A DNA stretch of 62,324 bases, counting the filler, from Jimgerdemannia flammicorona (taxonomy: Eukaryota): NCBI GenBank assembly GCA_003990765.1. It is 3 parts of 3 records of this genome, joined end to end, with 100 filler letters (N's around TTAATTAATTAA, not from the genome) between each part and the next. Parts side by side here need not be neighbours in the genome. Positions count along the whole stretch, not along the records: positions 20,812 to 41,521 come from RBNJ01001604.1; positions 41,622 to 62,324 come from RBNJ01001605.1; 1 more part is not named here. The stretch is one strand, 5' to 3'. Under the pieces are notes generated by a model. It saw only the letters and a program-made list of their open reading frames with translations. It had not been told where the DNA came from and ran no database searches. The position numbers and the translations under genes are program-made. Below, in pieces: positions 35,201 to 47,766 of the stretch (within the stretch, counting starts at the first letter, position 1; every line of letters begins with the position of its first letter).

Positions 35201-38153
35201 TTTGGCAGAAGGTGGAGGGGTGGATACAGGAGGGTGCTTTGATTGATATTAGATGGATGTGGCTAAAGGAGGCTACAAGGGTCAATTAGAGATAGGCAGG
35301 TGTAGCAGCTGGGAGATAGAGGAGGAAAAAGAGACTGTGGGCCTCTACTAGATTGATGAGATTATTGGAAGATTGGGCAGATTTGGTGGTCCTGGAGAGG
35401 GTGGAGGATTGGCAATTATTATGGGTAAAAAAGAAGGTTGTGGAGTTGCAACAGGTATTGAGAGAGGAGGAGGAAGCACAGGTATAGAGTATGGCAGCAT
35501 ATCTATGTTAGCAGGGGTTGGAGGAAGGGGAGAGGCCCTCTAAGTTTCTCACAAGGGCCCTTCAGGTGAGGAGGGTTCACCAGAGGTAGAAGGGGGTTCT
35601 TGATTCTGAGGGGACATTGGTGCATGGTATACAAGACATTCTCAGATCACTGAAGGAGCAGTGGAGTGGCTTGTGGAGTGAGGAGGAGGGTGGGGCAGAA
35701 GATGCCACCATTGGTCTAAACTTGAAGGATTGGCACCTGCCATAGGCAGAAGGGCTGGGCAATCTGATGATACTGGTACAGGAGGAGGAGATTTGCCAGG
35801 TTCTTGCTGCAACTATATTGGGTATAGCACCAGATAAGAATGGCCTGCCCTGGGCTTTCTGGAAGAAGATAGTGGATATCTCTGGTGTGCTGAGTGAACT
35901 GAGGGTACTCAGTAACTTAGTACTATAGTCCAGAAGATGGGTAGGGGAGCAGGATCTGGGGCTGGTGGTGCTGCTGTATAAGAACAAAGATAGGAGAGAG
36001 GACTGAAAGGACTGGAGGCTGATCATGCTACTGGATATAGACAGGAAGTTAATTACTAAGGTGGTAGTAGTGAGGTTGCAGAAGGTGGCCCAGCAGATCT
36101 TGGGGGTAGAGTAGTGGGGATTTGTCAGAGGCTGACTCATTTAGGATAGCATGGCTTGGGTCCACAGTATTATTGAAGGGGTATGGGCCTGTGGATTGGA
36201 TGAATGCCTGGTCTTCTTGGATCAGAAGAAGGCATATAACTGTGTTTGGAGGGTCTGGTTGACAGGGGTACTAGATATATAGGATTAGTGTCTCTTATCA
36301 GTTCTGAGTAGTGATGGTTAGCCTGCTAGAAGGGAGCAGGGCTGCACTTGTATATAATAAGCATTGAGGGGTAGCTTTCCCTCTGAGTAGGAGTGTTCCC
36401 CAGGGGGACCTGCTGTCTCCCATTTTGTATGTAATATCTTTAGAGCTCTTGATGAACAGGATTTGGTAGAAGATAGGAGGGCTTTCAGTTTATAGTATTG
36501 AGTGGAAAGTTGGTGCTTTTGCAGATAATATAGTGGTTGGCCTGGGTTTGATTACTGATATTGAGGAACTCAAGGAGACTATGAAGTGGTATGAGGTGTA
36601 CTCTGGGGCTAAACTCAATTAACACAAGTGTGAAACAATGGTGCTGGATAATGGTCTAGTGGGGGGGGGATGTCATTAGAACAATTGTCCCTACTGGGGA
36701 GGTAGTGAGGTACTTGGGCATCTATTTGTCAGTGTATGGGTCTGTTCTTCTAAAAATCAGGTGGGAGCAGTGAGTGGTTGTCTAGAGAGAGGCTCTGCAG
36801 AGCTAGAGAGGCCACCACTTATCTCTAGTGAAGTATGTTTCCATCTTGAATACTTATTGGCTGCTGAAGTTGTGGTGCCTGGCATACCATCTGGACTTCT
36901 CAGCCTGAGTAGTGAAGAGACTGCTGAAACTGGCCAAGGAATAGATCTGGGCAGAGAGAAGGAGTCAGATTAGCTGGGAAATTTTGTCCTTACCAGTGAC
37001 TAGAGGGGGACTTGGGCTGGTTGACTTTCCAAAGAGGTTACACTGCCTGAGAGTATGGTGGCTGAAGAGAGCTGTCAAGCTGGAGGGCAGCAGCTGGGTT
37101 TCTCTATTGAAGAAGGTCTGGGAGATGAGATCCTCACCAAGAGGATCCACAGGAGATCTTCTGTCCTTAGTTGGGCTTTAGAACAATAAGCACATACATT
37201 TTAAGGGCTTCTGGTGAAGAGTTACTGATGGGGCATATTATATCAGCATTCATTGGCAGAGAGATGAGGGAGAAAGGCCTTGGGGCCCAGTGATGTAGAG
37301 ATGAGACTGAGTGTTGCTAGGGGGCATCCCCCTTGGTGACTTTGATATTAATGATGGGGTTGAGTACCAGAGAGAGTTGGGGCAGGATCTGTGGCCCAGC
37401 AGATAGCAGTTGGTGAGTGTTATCGAAGAGTGAGACTGGAATAAGATCTGGAGCTAGAGTGCTGAGGTTCAGTAGTAGCTGCTACTGAAGTATTGGGTGG
37501 TCTGGTGGTGTATGTTGAGGAAGAATGTCATGTTCAACTTTCACTCTAGCTACCTGGTGGAAGGGGGAACCTTTGACTGTGAGGAGTGCTATAATTTTGG
37601 ACAGAAAGAGGGTTTTATACAGATGCCTGAATATTAGCTAGGGGAGTACAGGGTGCTTAGTGACTTCTAGATAGTAGTTGGAAAGAGATTGGATGTCATA
37701 TAGAGGGGGGATGGTGTGAGGGGTCAGTAGGAGGATCTGCAGAATAGATGGGAGGGATTGGGAGAGAGTGACTTACTTTAGGGTGGGTGCTGGCTATTTG
37801 GGTAGAGTTGGCAGGATACTGGCTGTATGTATTTAAGGATAGGAGATATCTGGGCTTAGAGGTATGACTGTTGTAATTGGAAGGACTGATGGAGGATACT
37901 CTGATGGGTTGGTGGTATGGGTGGAGACTACAGAGTAGTCAGTAGCATCATTTGGTGGAGAAGATATATAGACAGAGTGGGGGGAGGGTTGGGGTTGTAG
38001 AAGACAGAGTGATTTTTAAGCATAAAGGAGTGGAGGGGGGGGGGGACCCCCTAGGGGGATTGGGTAGTGGGAGAAGATATTGTAAATTTATATATAGACT
38101 AGTAATAAATGGCAAAGTCTAAGTGACTATAAAAAAAAAAAAATAAAATAAAA
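32296..38153 (+). mobile_element. L1/Tx1-like LINE, copy 4, full length (~5.86 kb), degraded
   Basis: 5' UTR, ORF1 (~32378-34385), ORF2 (from ~34417), AATAAA and poly(A) at 38131-38153. ~11-bp TSD TTAATAATCAC / TCAATAATTAT. Removal rejoins integrase (PSAPIII) to the chromodomain. Confidence 0.95.
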
Positions 38154-40504
38154 TCAATAATTATAGGGGCAGAAGGCTTAGAGATTTGACCAGGGTAGGG
38201 CAGTGACTAGTTCCAGGTCTTGAGGTGTGACACATGAAAGACTGGGTGTACTCTCATTGTTTTAAGTAGCTTGAGGCAGTAAGAGGATGTAGAGACTTAT
38301 TCAGTGATCTCAAAAGATCTAATATACTTGGGTTGGAACTTGTTTGAAAGGCAGTTGACTTGAGATTATATCTTGAGATTCTTGGTAGACAGTAGAACTT
38401 GATCTCTAATAGTGTAAGTGATATTATGGCATTTCTTGTCAGCATATATGACTTGATATTGTTGAGTCTTCTAAAGATTCATAGTAGTAATTTTAAGTAA
38501 TTTGTCCATTTTGTTTATAAGGCTCTTAGTAGTAGAGACTTATATTTGACTACTTTTCTTGAAAGAGAATAGACTTGCAGGGGTCTCAGGATCTTGACTA
38601 TAGAGTAACTGAAGAGGGGAAAGACTAGTAGATAATTGGATGATATTATTGTATGCAAACTCCATATAAGCCAGATAGTAGTCCCAATCATCTTACTCAT
38701 AAAAAATATAGTTTCTAAGCATTTGTTCTAGAGTTCTGTTCATGCACTTGATTTGTCCATCAGTTTGTGGGTAAAAGGCAGTAGACATAGCCAATTGGGT
38801 TCCCAGGGTCTTAAAGAGAGTTTGCCAGAAGTGACTGGTGAACTTGGGGTCATGATCACTGACAATCACTCATGGTAGGCCATAGTGATAGAAGATAGAC
38901 TTGAAGAAGATTCTTACAATCTCTGGTATAGTAGCATTGATAGTAGTTGGTTCAGCAACTATAGTCTTAGTCAGGCAGTCAATGAATATGATGATAGCAT
39001 CAGCACCAGATTGAGTTCATGGTAGTTAAGTTACAAAGTCTATAGTAACTTACTCAAATTTCTTGGTAGAAATTGGCAGTAGTTGTAGCAAACTGACTAG
39101 TGCTTAGTTGGTAGACTTGTTGCACTGATATAGATCACAGTTAGCAATATAGTTCTTGATTTCCTTGACCATGCTTAGTAGTGATATTGAATGTTCTTGA
39201 CAGTCTTCTCAATTCCCAGATGATCAGCAAGAGGGGAGTTATGGTGTTCTTATAAAACCTTATAATATAGGTAAATGTTTTCAGATAGGTAGACTTGTTC
39301 TTAATGATAGATCAGGTTGTTCTTGACAGTATATGTATCCTTGAGCTCATTCAAGAAAACTCTAGTAGCAACTATGTCTTCTTTGTAATGATTTGGTCTA
39401 GAAATTCTAATGCCAAGGTGACCTGCATAATTGCAGTGATCTGGGCAACCTGATAAGATATCTGGTACTATAAGTATCTTGTCAGGCTTGTAGATGATTG
39501 TCAGGTTGAAGGTTTGAAGCTTGAGGCTCCACTTGGCTTATAGATGTAACAGAGTAGGTTGGGTGTTAATATACTTAAGGGATTGATGGTCAGTAATAAT
39601 ATCAAACTCAACACCTTCTAGATAGTATCACTAGTAGTCTAGTATATATATTATTATCAGTAGTTCCTTCTTATAGATGGCTAGCTTTTATTCAGTTGGG
39701 GCTATCTTGCAGGACTCAAAAACAATAGAGTGGTGTCCTTTGCCATCATCTTATAATAGGACTACTCTAAAGGCAAAATTTGACACATCAGTGGTGACTG
39801 TGAATTTTAGACCTTGATCTGCATTATGTAGGACTGGAGCATGGGTTAGACAGTTCTTGAGTTCTTGAAAGACTTGTTGATAGAAGAGGTTCCAGGTATA
39901 AGGTACATAGTGGTCTGAGTGTAGAGCCTTCCTCATGAGATTGGTCAGTGGTTCAGCAATACCAGAGAAGTTTCTGACAAAGTAGTAATAAAAGCCAGCT
40001 AGACTAAGGAAGGATCAAAGTTCTGTGAGGTTCAATAGAATGGGCCATTCTTAATTACTTCTATCTTATATAGGTCTACTTGAATTTCTTATACAAAGAC
40101 AATATGGCCATAATATTCGACTTGTTTCTTGAAAAATTCACACTTCTTGAGCTTGGTATAAAGCTTGTGTTTTTGCAGGATCTCTAAGACTATTCAAATA
40201 AGTTTGAGGTGTTCTTCTTTAGTTGTACTAAAGATCAGAATGTCATTAAGATATACTAATAGGAAGATAAATAGTTAGTTCTTGAATATCTTATTTATCA
40301 GAGTCTGGAATATAGTGGATGTTTTGGTGAGACAAAATGCTAAGACCAGAAATTCATAGAGTCCAAGGGGGTCATGAATGCAGTCTTGGGAATATCTTCT
40401 GACTTGATTCAAATCTGGTGGTATTCTGACATAAGGTCTAACTTAGTGAAATACTTGGTATTCTTGAGAGCATCAAAGATTTAAACAATCAAGAGTAGTG
40501 GATA

Positions 40505-41410
40505 TGTAGAACCTTGAAGGCTGAATGATATGAGGAACTGGTGATAGAATTCTTATAGTAGTATATTATTCAAAATTATCAAGAAAAGTAATAATTGACT
40601 CATCAGAGATATATTTATAAAATACTAGTAATTATATATCCATCTTATCTAGATGTCTTGATTCAATTTGAGTGAGTATTCAGATGGTAGCAGTTGTTTA
40701 TTATTTAGCTTAAAAGTGAGAAATTTATCTTAAATTATCAGCCAATAGATGCTAAGTTGTAATATAGGAGATATATAATCTGAGAAGTATATTGAATTTC
40801 TTTATCTTGAATACTTAATCTTCAAAGTTCTCAAAATATAGAGTGGGTGAGTTTGAAGTATATCTGTCTACACATTTACTGGTTCTTTTATCTCTTTACT
40901 TTGAACTATTTTGATCTGAAATTTGTTCTTTCTAGATATTGAGATTATTTATATAAGTTAGCTAGCTATATAGTTACTAAGATTTCTTTTTCTATAAGTC
41001 ATTTCTTATAACTGTGAGATCTATACATCTGTATGATCTGTATAATTATGAGTTTCATATAAGTATATATTTCATACAATTGTACAAATTATACAACTAT
41101 GAGATTAGATAACTACTAACTATAATACTATACTATATCAGAAATTGAATTGAGATACTACAATCAAATGTCTATCTCCTGATTTTATTCCTAATTTTGA
41201 TCAATTATCACACTGGATAATTATAGAATTTGCAGTTGGTTTAATTATGGGGGATATGACTTCTTGTTTCTTCAGGGAACAGTATACCTTCAGGGGATTG
41301 CCCTAATATAGTTTGTCTGATTATTTATACAAATTGGTGATACATGTGGATAACTATGTGGGGTAACTATGCTATGTTGTTCTGCTATACTATAATGTTT
41401 GCTTGTCACA
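40505..41410 (-). repeat. Probable LTR of another family
   Basis: Termini TGTAG...TGTCACA; interrupts element B RT; the right end resembles the element D LTRs. No TSD seen. Confidence 0.5.
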
Positions 41411-41521
41411 CTACGTTGTCATCCCCGTAACCCTTCTAACGAAAGACGTCCATAAGTGAAAATGGGCTGATGTGATTACATTCCTTGAAGCAAATCGGGA
41501 GAAATATGGCCTAGGCGATAG
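41411..41521 (+). pseudogene. Fragment resembling the N-terminal SAM-like domain of expanded fungal protein families
   Basis: KDVHK*KWADVITFLEANREKYGLGD; CpG retained; too short to be sure. Confidence 0.3.
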
Positions 41522-41621
41522 NNNNNNNNNNNNNNNNNNNNNNNNNNNNNNNNNNNNNNNNNNNNTTAATTAATTAANNNNNNNNNNNNNNNNNNNNNNN
41601 NNNNNNNNNNNNNNNNNNNNN
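41522..41621. other. Artificial contig-joining spacer
   Basis: N-TTAATTAATTAA-N, as at 20712. Confidence 0.95.
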
Positions 41622-42545
41622 GTATGTACAAGGCCACGCCCGAGCCGAATAGAATAGCCCCTGCCACCCCAAAGAGAATGACAGGCAAAGAAAAAACCCT
41701 CATCAAAGCACAATACGGTGGGTAGGGCCTGGTTCTCCCAGTCGAGGTGAGTAAAGGACTTACATGTGAGGTGGGAGGAAACCCCCAATACCCTACTACT
41801 CAAGCCTGCGGGCCTCGATCACGTTGCCGTGTCAGCTCCCGGTTCCAGTTGAGTGCAGCCAAGACACCTGAAATGGGTAGCCTCAGGCCCCCTGACCCCC
41901 CCTGATGACTGGGGCCTCACCCCACTACCCGCCAAAAGAAGCCGAGAGTGACACCTACCATCTAACTGCACCGCACTAATCAAAAGGCCCCACCGAAGCA
42001 GCACCTGCCCCAGCCCCGACGACCGCCCCCAGCCTGGCACCCTACTGGTTCACTGTAATCATCCTTCCGCCTATCTGTGACGGCCATCTCCCCTCCCATC
42101 CCGGCAACACCTGAAAAGCAGTCACTTACGCCAGAACCACGCTCGCCGGGAAGCTTGCCAAAGCCAGAGGGCCCCACTACAGACACCGAGGACCTGCAGG
42201 TAACCTACACTGAGCACTTGATGCCCAAGGTCGGCCGACTCCCTACGTAGCCCGAGACATACTGAGACAACTCCTTGTTGGCAACGGCAAAAGGAAGAAG
42301 GCGCCGCACCAAAACGGGTACACCCCAGATGCAGCTGAAGGCACCAGAATCTGCGAAAAAGTGGAGAAAGCACCGATCTGACACCAATAAAGGGACAACT
42401 CATCACCATTGCCCTCCTCCCACCATGCCCCTGTAGGTACAGCAAACCAACCCGAGGTAGAGGGGGTAATATTAGGGGAAAGGGGACTCGGAAGGTCGCC
42501 TACCAAACCTTGTGACTGGTAGGGTAGCGGAGAAAGGAGCGTGAC
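41622..42545 (-). mobile_element. GC/CpG-rich young insertion, probably the 5' UTR of another LINE family
   Basis: Sharp GC boundary at ~42545. The minus strand starts CACGCTCCTTTCTCC, like the pyrimidine-rich LINE 5' ends. No convincing ORF. Confidence 0.4.
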
Positions 42546-42865
42546 GTTATTTATTTTTGTTACTGCTTTGCTCATAACTTTTTAATTATTTAATATTCAC
42601 CATATAATTTGATTAGAGTAAGCAAACCGAAAGTATAATCTAATATTCTCTGTTTTCAAGCTTCTTTTAAAGTCTTCACTGATACTGATAGGACTTTGAT
42701 GCATTGTAATTAGGTAGAACATAATTTTTTCAGAGAACATTTCTTCATTTTCATACTATATCTAGATTATCATCAGTAAAATATAAAAATCTGATATATT
42801 TCTTTCATTCAGAACTACCTTAAAGAAAAATAACAATTGTTTTTTTTTTTACTAAAATAATCTAT

Positions 42866-44162
42866 TGTAATATGCCTGGCTCAATGGAGGCAAATTACAA
42901 GGTTGGGGGTTGATGTAGTTTGGCTTGAGCCCCCAGTTACTTTGTCAAAAAGCAATAAAATGTTTTAAGATTCCTGAGGTCCTTGGTGTTTAGTGGTATA
43001 ATCATCAAAGCTAGATATCTGTGAGTAATTTGTATGTTGATTTCCTAATTAGGATAGTTCTCTGAATATAGCAGCAATTTGTATAAATGGATTTCTTTCT
43101 TAGATCAATATGGGAATTGGCAGAATTTCATGTATAGTGTGATGATCTCTGTGTGTGATGATCTTGTGTAGTATGAGTTCTTTATATGTAATGGTCTGGC
43201 AATTTGGTGGTTCTTCTTATGTGATTTCAGTATGATAATCTCTATATAGCACAGGTTCCTTATATGGAGTAGTCTGGTAATTTGACAGATAACTCAATTT
43301 GATATGGATTCTCTTAAATTGGCAGAGTTTTTGAATATTACTAGAAATTGTGCTGATAGCAGATAACTTGATTACTTAGGCTTACTGGGAATAATAAATA
43401 GCTTAGTTATTGTGAATTCTTCCTAAATTGGTGGCTTCAACTAAGAATGTGAGTAACTTGAAAATAGCAAATGATGCAGATTCTTTCTGAATCAGTGGCT
43501 TCAACTGAGAAATAACTTGGGTTCTTGACAAGTTACATCTAGACTGGCTTCATTTATGTAAACAGATCACTGCAAAGTTGTGTCAAGAGACTGACTTGTG
43601 ACAAGAAAGGCAGGCTCTCTGGGAATGTAGCAAATAACTCAAAGAGTGGCAAAGTTCTCCTTGAACTTGATGGCAAACTCAGATTCTTCAGGCTTAGTCT
43701 GGCAAGCATATCAATAATTCCAAAGGTGGTAAAGTTCTTTACTTGAACTTGGCAGCAAAATCTTCAAGTTTTATATTGGAAAGTGGACTAGAGTGGGGAA
43801 ATAAGCTTATAATCTCCTAGTAGTGGCTGTAGAGTTTCTCTCAAAGTATAGTAGGCAGACTTGTCTTTTGCTTCAATTTTAGACTGAGGTTTATTCACTC
43901 TTGTCTCTGGGGTAATTTATACATTATGGTTACTATCTGGTTGCTATATGGCTAACTATAGATTGGCTACTTATAGCAAGTTGTACAGATCTAGCACAAG
44001 TGTGCAGATCTGGCACAGATATACAGGTTCTGCACAGATATATCTTATCTAGTAGTCTGGCTATTTATATAGTTTCTGCAGCAATGGTTACTGATTACTA
44101 TGCTGTGTATTCACATTATCTGGCTAAGATATAATTTAGGTAGTATATCTTGATTTGTCACA
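42866..44162 (-). repeat. 3' LTR of element D
   Basis: Direct repeat of 47767-49043; 19-bp tandem repeats, TATAAAT (~43920) and AATAAA on the minus strand. Confidence 0.93.
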
Positions 44163-44668
44163 TCAGTCTCTACTAAAGGATGATCTATTCTCAAACTATC
44201 CTTTAGTCATCATCCCAGTGTGGATAAGCATCTTCTGCATTAATACCTGTTCCATCTTCATCATCTGTACCATAGTTACTCCATTCTAAGGGTTCTTCTT
44301 TTTGGCTTTTTGGTCTAGCTTTTTTGGATCTGGCTTTAGTTATCTCCTCTCTTCAAAGTACGGATTGCAATATCATGACTGAGATGAATCTTCTGATACC
44401 TGTAGTCTCAGCAATCTGGGTGTCTTCTATGGTTGCAATATCCCATTACTCAGAAATGATATTCCTGGTTAGTGATCTCTTGTTATTTTGGAAATTGGTA
44501 CCCATCTTGGTCATAAGTTGGAAGAAGGGTAGATAAGGAGTATACTTCTATCTGAGTGAAGAGACCTTGTCCTCTGAATCAGCTTTACAACTTGGTGGTA
44601 ACTTCTTAGAAGGTAGTTGACTGTACAACTGTGTTTGGGATTTCTGATCTCTGGGGTCTCTATCTCTC

Positions 44669-47373
44669 CTATTGGTCTAGTAAATAGTACTGATAGCAGT
44701 AGTCTTGGAGAGAGTGAAAGACCATTTGGTGTAGATATCTTCCTAGCCAAAAAGCCTTTTCTTGATGTGTTTCTTTCTTAGAGATAATGACAATTATACT
44801 GAGTCCTTCTTCTATATTCCAAGGGTCATTGTCTTCAGATGGTGTCCAGTGAGGGTCATCCCAGAGAATGAGTTCAGAGACTTCTTCCTCTTTGGGTACT
44901 TCTTGTTCAGGAACTTCTTGGTCAGAAACTTCTTTTTCCTTGAATAATTCTTGTCCCCAAATTGCTTGCACTTCTGTAGCTTTGACTGCAGATGTTTTTA
45001 GAGTATGTCTGCATTTCTTCTTCTTCTTTCTACACTCAGAGCAGGCTGTACCAGGTGATTTTCTTGTTCCCATGATCTTGGAGGAATGCTCAGGACACTT
45101 GTGTCTTTTGAGACATATAGGGCATCTTTTGATTTCTCCTGCAATGGCTCCAATAGTGATAGAGATGGTGTTCTTAGCCCACACATTATCTTCTAGTCTG
45201 TCATCCACCAGGTTAATTTAGGGATTAAGTCTGAGATCATTTCTATCTTCAGATTCTTCCTCTTCTTCTGTGGTAGATTTTTCACTACTAACATATTCTT
45301 CTTAAATAGTGACCTTCTTTTTCTTCTTCAATTGCTAATAACTAATCACCTTAACTCTGTACTTCTTACCTCAGTAGTCAAACTTGAGTACTTATTGACC
45401 AATATCAATAACTACATTCATTTTCTTCATTCAGTTGGTGCCAAGAATTATGTCATAGGTAACAGCTTTAGTGACAATAGCTTTCAGGATAGAGAACTGG
45501 ATGTGTCCAAGGGAGATAGTAATATTTCACACTTCTCCAAGGGGTTGAGTTCAGGCTTCATCTGCTACTATGATGCTGAGGTTGGATGGTCCATCAATGG
45601 GCCATTAGAGGGTGTCCAGGAACCATTTGGCAATGATACAGATAGCTGCTCCTGTGTTTATGAGGATCTTCACCTTTTGTTCTCTAATATCTCCATATAG
45701 GTAGGTGCTGACATGTATTTCAGCTGCTTGGATAGAGATGGGAGCTGGTTCTTGCTGTGGGATTGGGACCTGGCCAGTGCTAGACCTGGTTGTTCTCAAC
45801 AATTTGTTTTGAACTCCAGCTGATATCAGCTACAGGAACTGCAAGAGAGAGACTTTCATCTTGGCCTCTTAAATCTTCTACCAGGCTATATTGTAGATAT
45901 CTCTAGGCATTGTCTTCAGGGTGTACTTCTTCTTGAGCTTTGAAGTAGCAGGTTTCCATTCTTCTTGTTCCATTTCTTTATCTTCTGGTAGCAACTCATT
46001 TGTCTTAGGAACAAAAGATGAGGGGGTTCAGAGGAGTGTTTCTACCTGCTCCTCTTTATGTTCTTCATCCTCTTCTTGGATAATTCTTCTGCTGATGTTC
46101 CTGGATGGCCTTCCTATAGGTCTCTTTCTCTTCTCTGCTGGGTAGACTGTTTTTCAAGTAGTAATCTTGGTAAAGTATAAGTCTAGATCACTATAGTCTT
46201 CACTATTGCTTACTTCCTCAAAATCTTCAACAGAATGGGCTTTGGTCTTCTTGTACTGAGTGTGTTTGGTGGTTCTGAGTCCCTTCAGTCACTTTTTTTA
46301 TTGTCACATTCAGTAGCATAGTGTCTAAATTGTCCATAGTAGAAGTATTGGACTTGGGCTCTATCTTAGACAGAATATCTTCTTTCTTCTTGCTGGTAAT
46401 TCCTATTATCTCTTGGTGGATAACCTTGGTTTCTCTGTAGTGGGTATCCTCTGTTATCTTGGTAGCTCCAATTTTCATATATAGTGAGTTTTTCAATCTG
46501 TCCAATCAGTTAGTCCAACTTAGAGCTGAGGTCTTAGATTTCACTTCTATCCTTCTTTCCTTCTTTGGCTGGCCTTCTTTCTTTGGCTCTTTCTTGTCCT
46601 TGAAGGAGTCCTTATAGGGCTTTGACCAGGATCTCTTCTTTATCTTCTTTCCTATCATGATCACTCCAGATAGTTCCTTGTCTGATATTAAAGAATCCTT
46701 GAGCTATATCTACTTGCTCTTTGGACCTTCTAATGCCTAGGGTGTGGACATGCTGAGCAATGTTCAGAGGAATTCCATTTATAAAGATCATTGGACCTAT
46801 GATATTCTGATTGATAGCATTGAACCTGACAGTATGCATTCTCTTCTGGATTCTTGTAAAGAAGGCTCTGGGCAATTCTCTAAGATTCATTTTCATCTCC
46901 ATGATAGATTCTTGAGCCTTGTGGCAGATTTTGTTTCCTGCATACTTTTTGATAAACCAGTGAACCATGACCACATATTCTAGCTCATAAGACATTGCTG
47001 CTTATATCTGTCTCACCAGTTCTGAATCTGGGTTATCTGCTGTTTAGTGGAAAATTCTTCTGGCTGATTCTCTGAGCTGGGCCTTGTAGATGGCAATTTT
47101 TCTTTCATCTGAGAGATTCCTCAGGGCTGTAATTCCTTCAATTCCATCAAGGAATTCTCTGGGGTCCTTCTCTGGATATCCTGCAAAGGTTGGCAATGAG
47201 GTGGCCATTTTGTCATCACTTTTTTCTAATTCTGGTTCTGGTTTGGATTCTGATTCTAACTCACTTTCTGAGCTGTCACTGGAGATGGGGGTGCTCAGGT
47301 ATCTTGAAGATGGTGTTCTAGACCTTGGATGAAGTAGAATGAGCCTAGGTATTCTTGTGGGAGCTACTTCCAA
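44669..47373 (-). pseudogene. gag: Gag-protease polyprotein of element D with C-terminal Cys/His clusters
   Basis: LPTFAGYPEKDPREFL; decayed CCHC YFYYGQFRHYATEC (~46310-46350); ILINTGAAICII; YDIILGTN*; then, in the same frame, CPICLKRHKCPEH and ACSECRKKKKKCRH. Confidence 0.85.
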
Positions 47374-47766
47374 CTCTGTAAGGGGTTGTGGTAAAGGTTC
47401 TATTGGTGAGATTGATAGAATTGATATAGGGTGTCTGGCTGTAAGATCTTGAGCTTGTGTAATAAGATCTTCTAGTTCTTGTGCAAGTTCTTCAAAATCT
47501 CCAGCAGGGCCACCTGTATTGTCTGGTTGATCTGGTTAGAGATTTTGGGCTATATTGTCTTCTGGTTCTGGTTGGGATCCTTCTGATGCTGGATAGTTAG
47601 TGAGTCTTGATGTAATTATTTCTCTTCCTGTCCAGATGCTGGTGATAACTGGTTCTCCTATAATAGCAGAGATTGGTGTAGTATCAAATATATCCAATTT
47701 GACTGTGGGTTCTTATAAGCTGAAAAGTCATGTCAATTTTGAAATCTTCCTAGTTGAGCCCTCAAA

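Larger units (their letters stand above)
31333..40504 (-). mobile_element. Chromodomain Ty3/gypsy element B (partial RT-RH-IN-CHD + 3' LTR), split by LINE copy 4
   Basis: LTR 31333-31796 with PPT 31797-31812; chromodomain 32098-32295 (EYLVKLMGY...TWK...NLKN); HPVFHVSHLK ~38220-38250; PQTDGQ; TTDVSNFA; VYLNDI ~40245. Confidence 0.9.

Noticed and set aside
41902..41945. CTGATGA followed by a hairpin, resembling a hammerhead ribozyme core
   Set aside because: No GAAA directly after the putative stem II and no closing stems found.
42243..42575. 110-aa ORF MSKAVTKINN...
   Set aside because: Chimeric: only the first ~10 codons are in the AT-rich segment; the rest reads into the GC-rich insertion.
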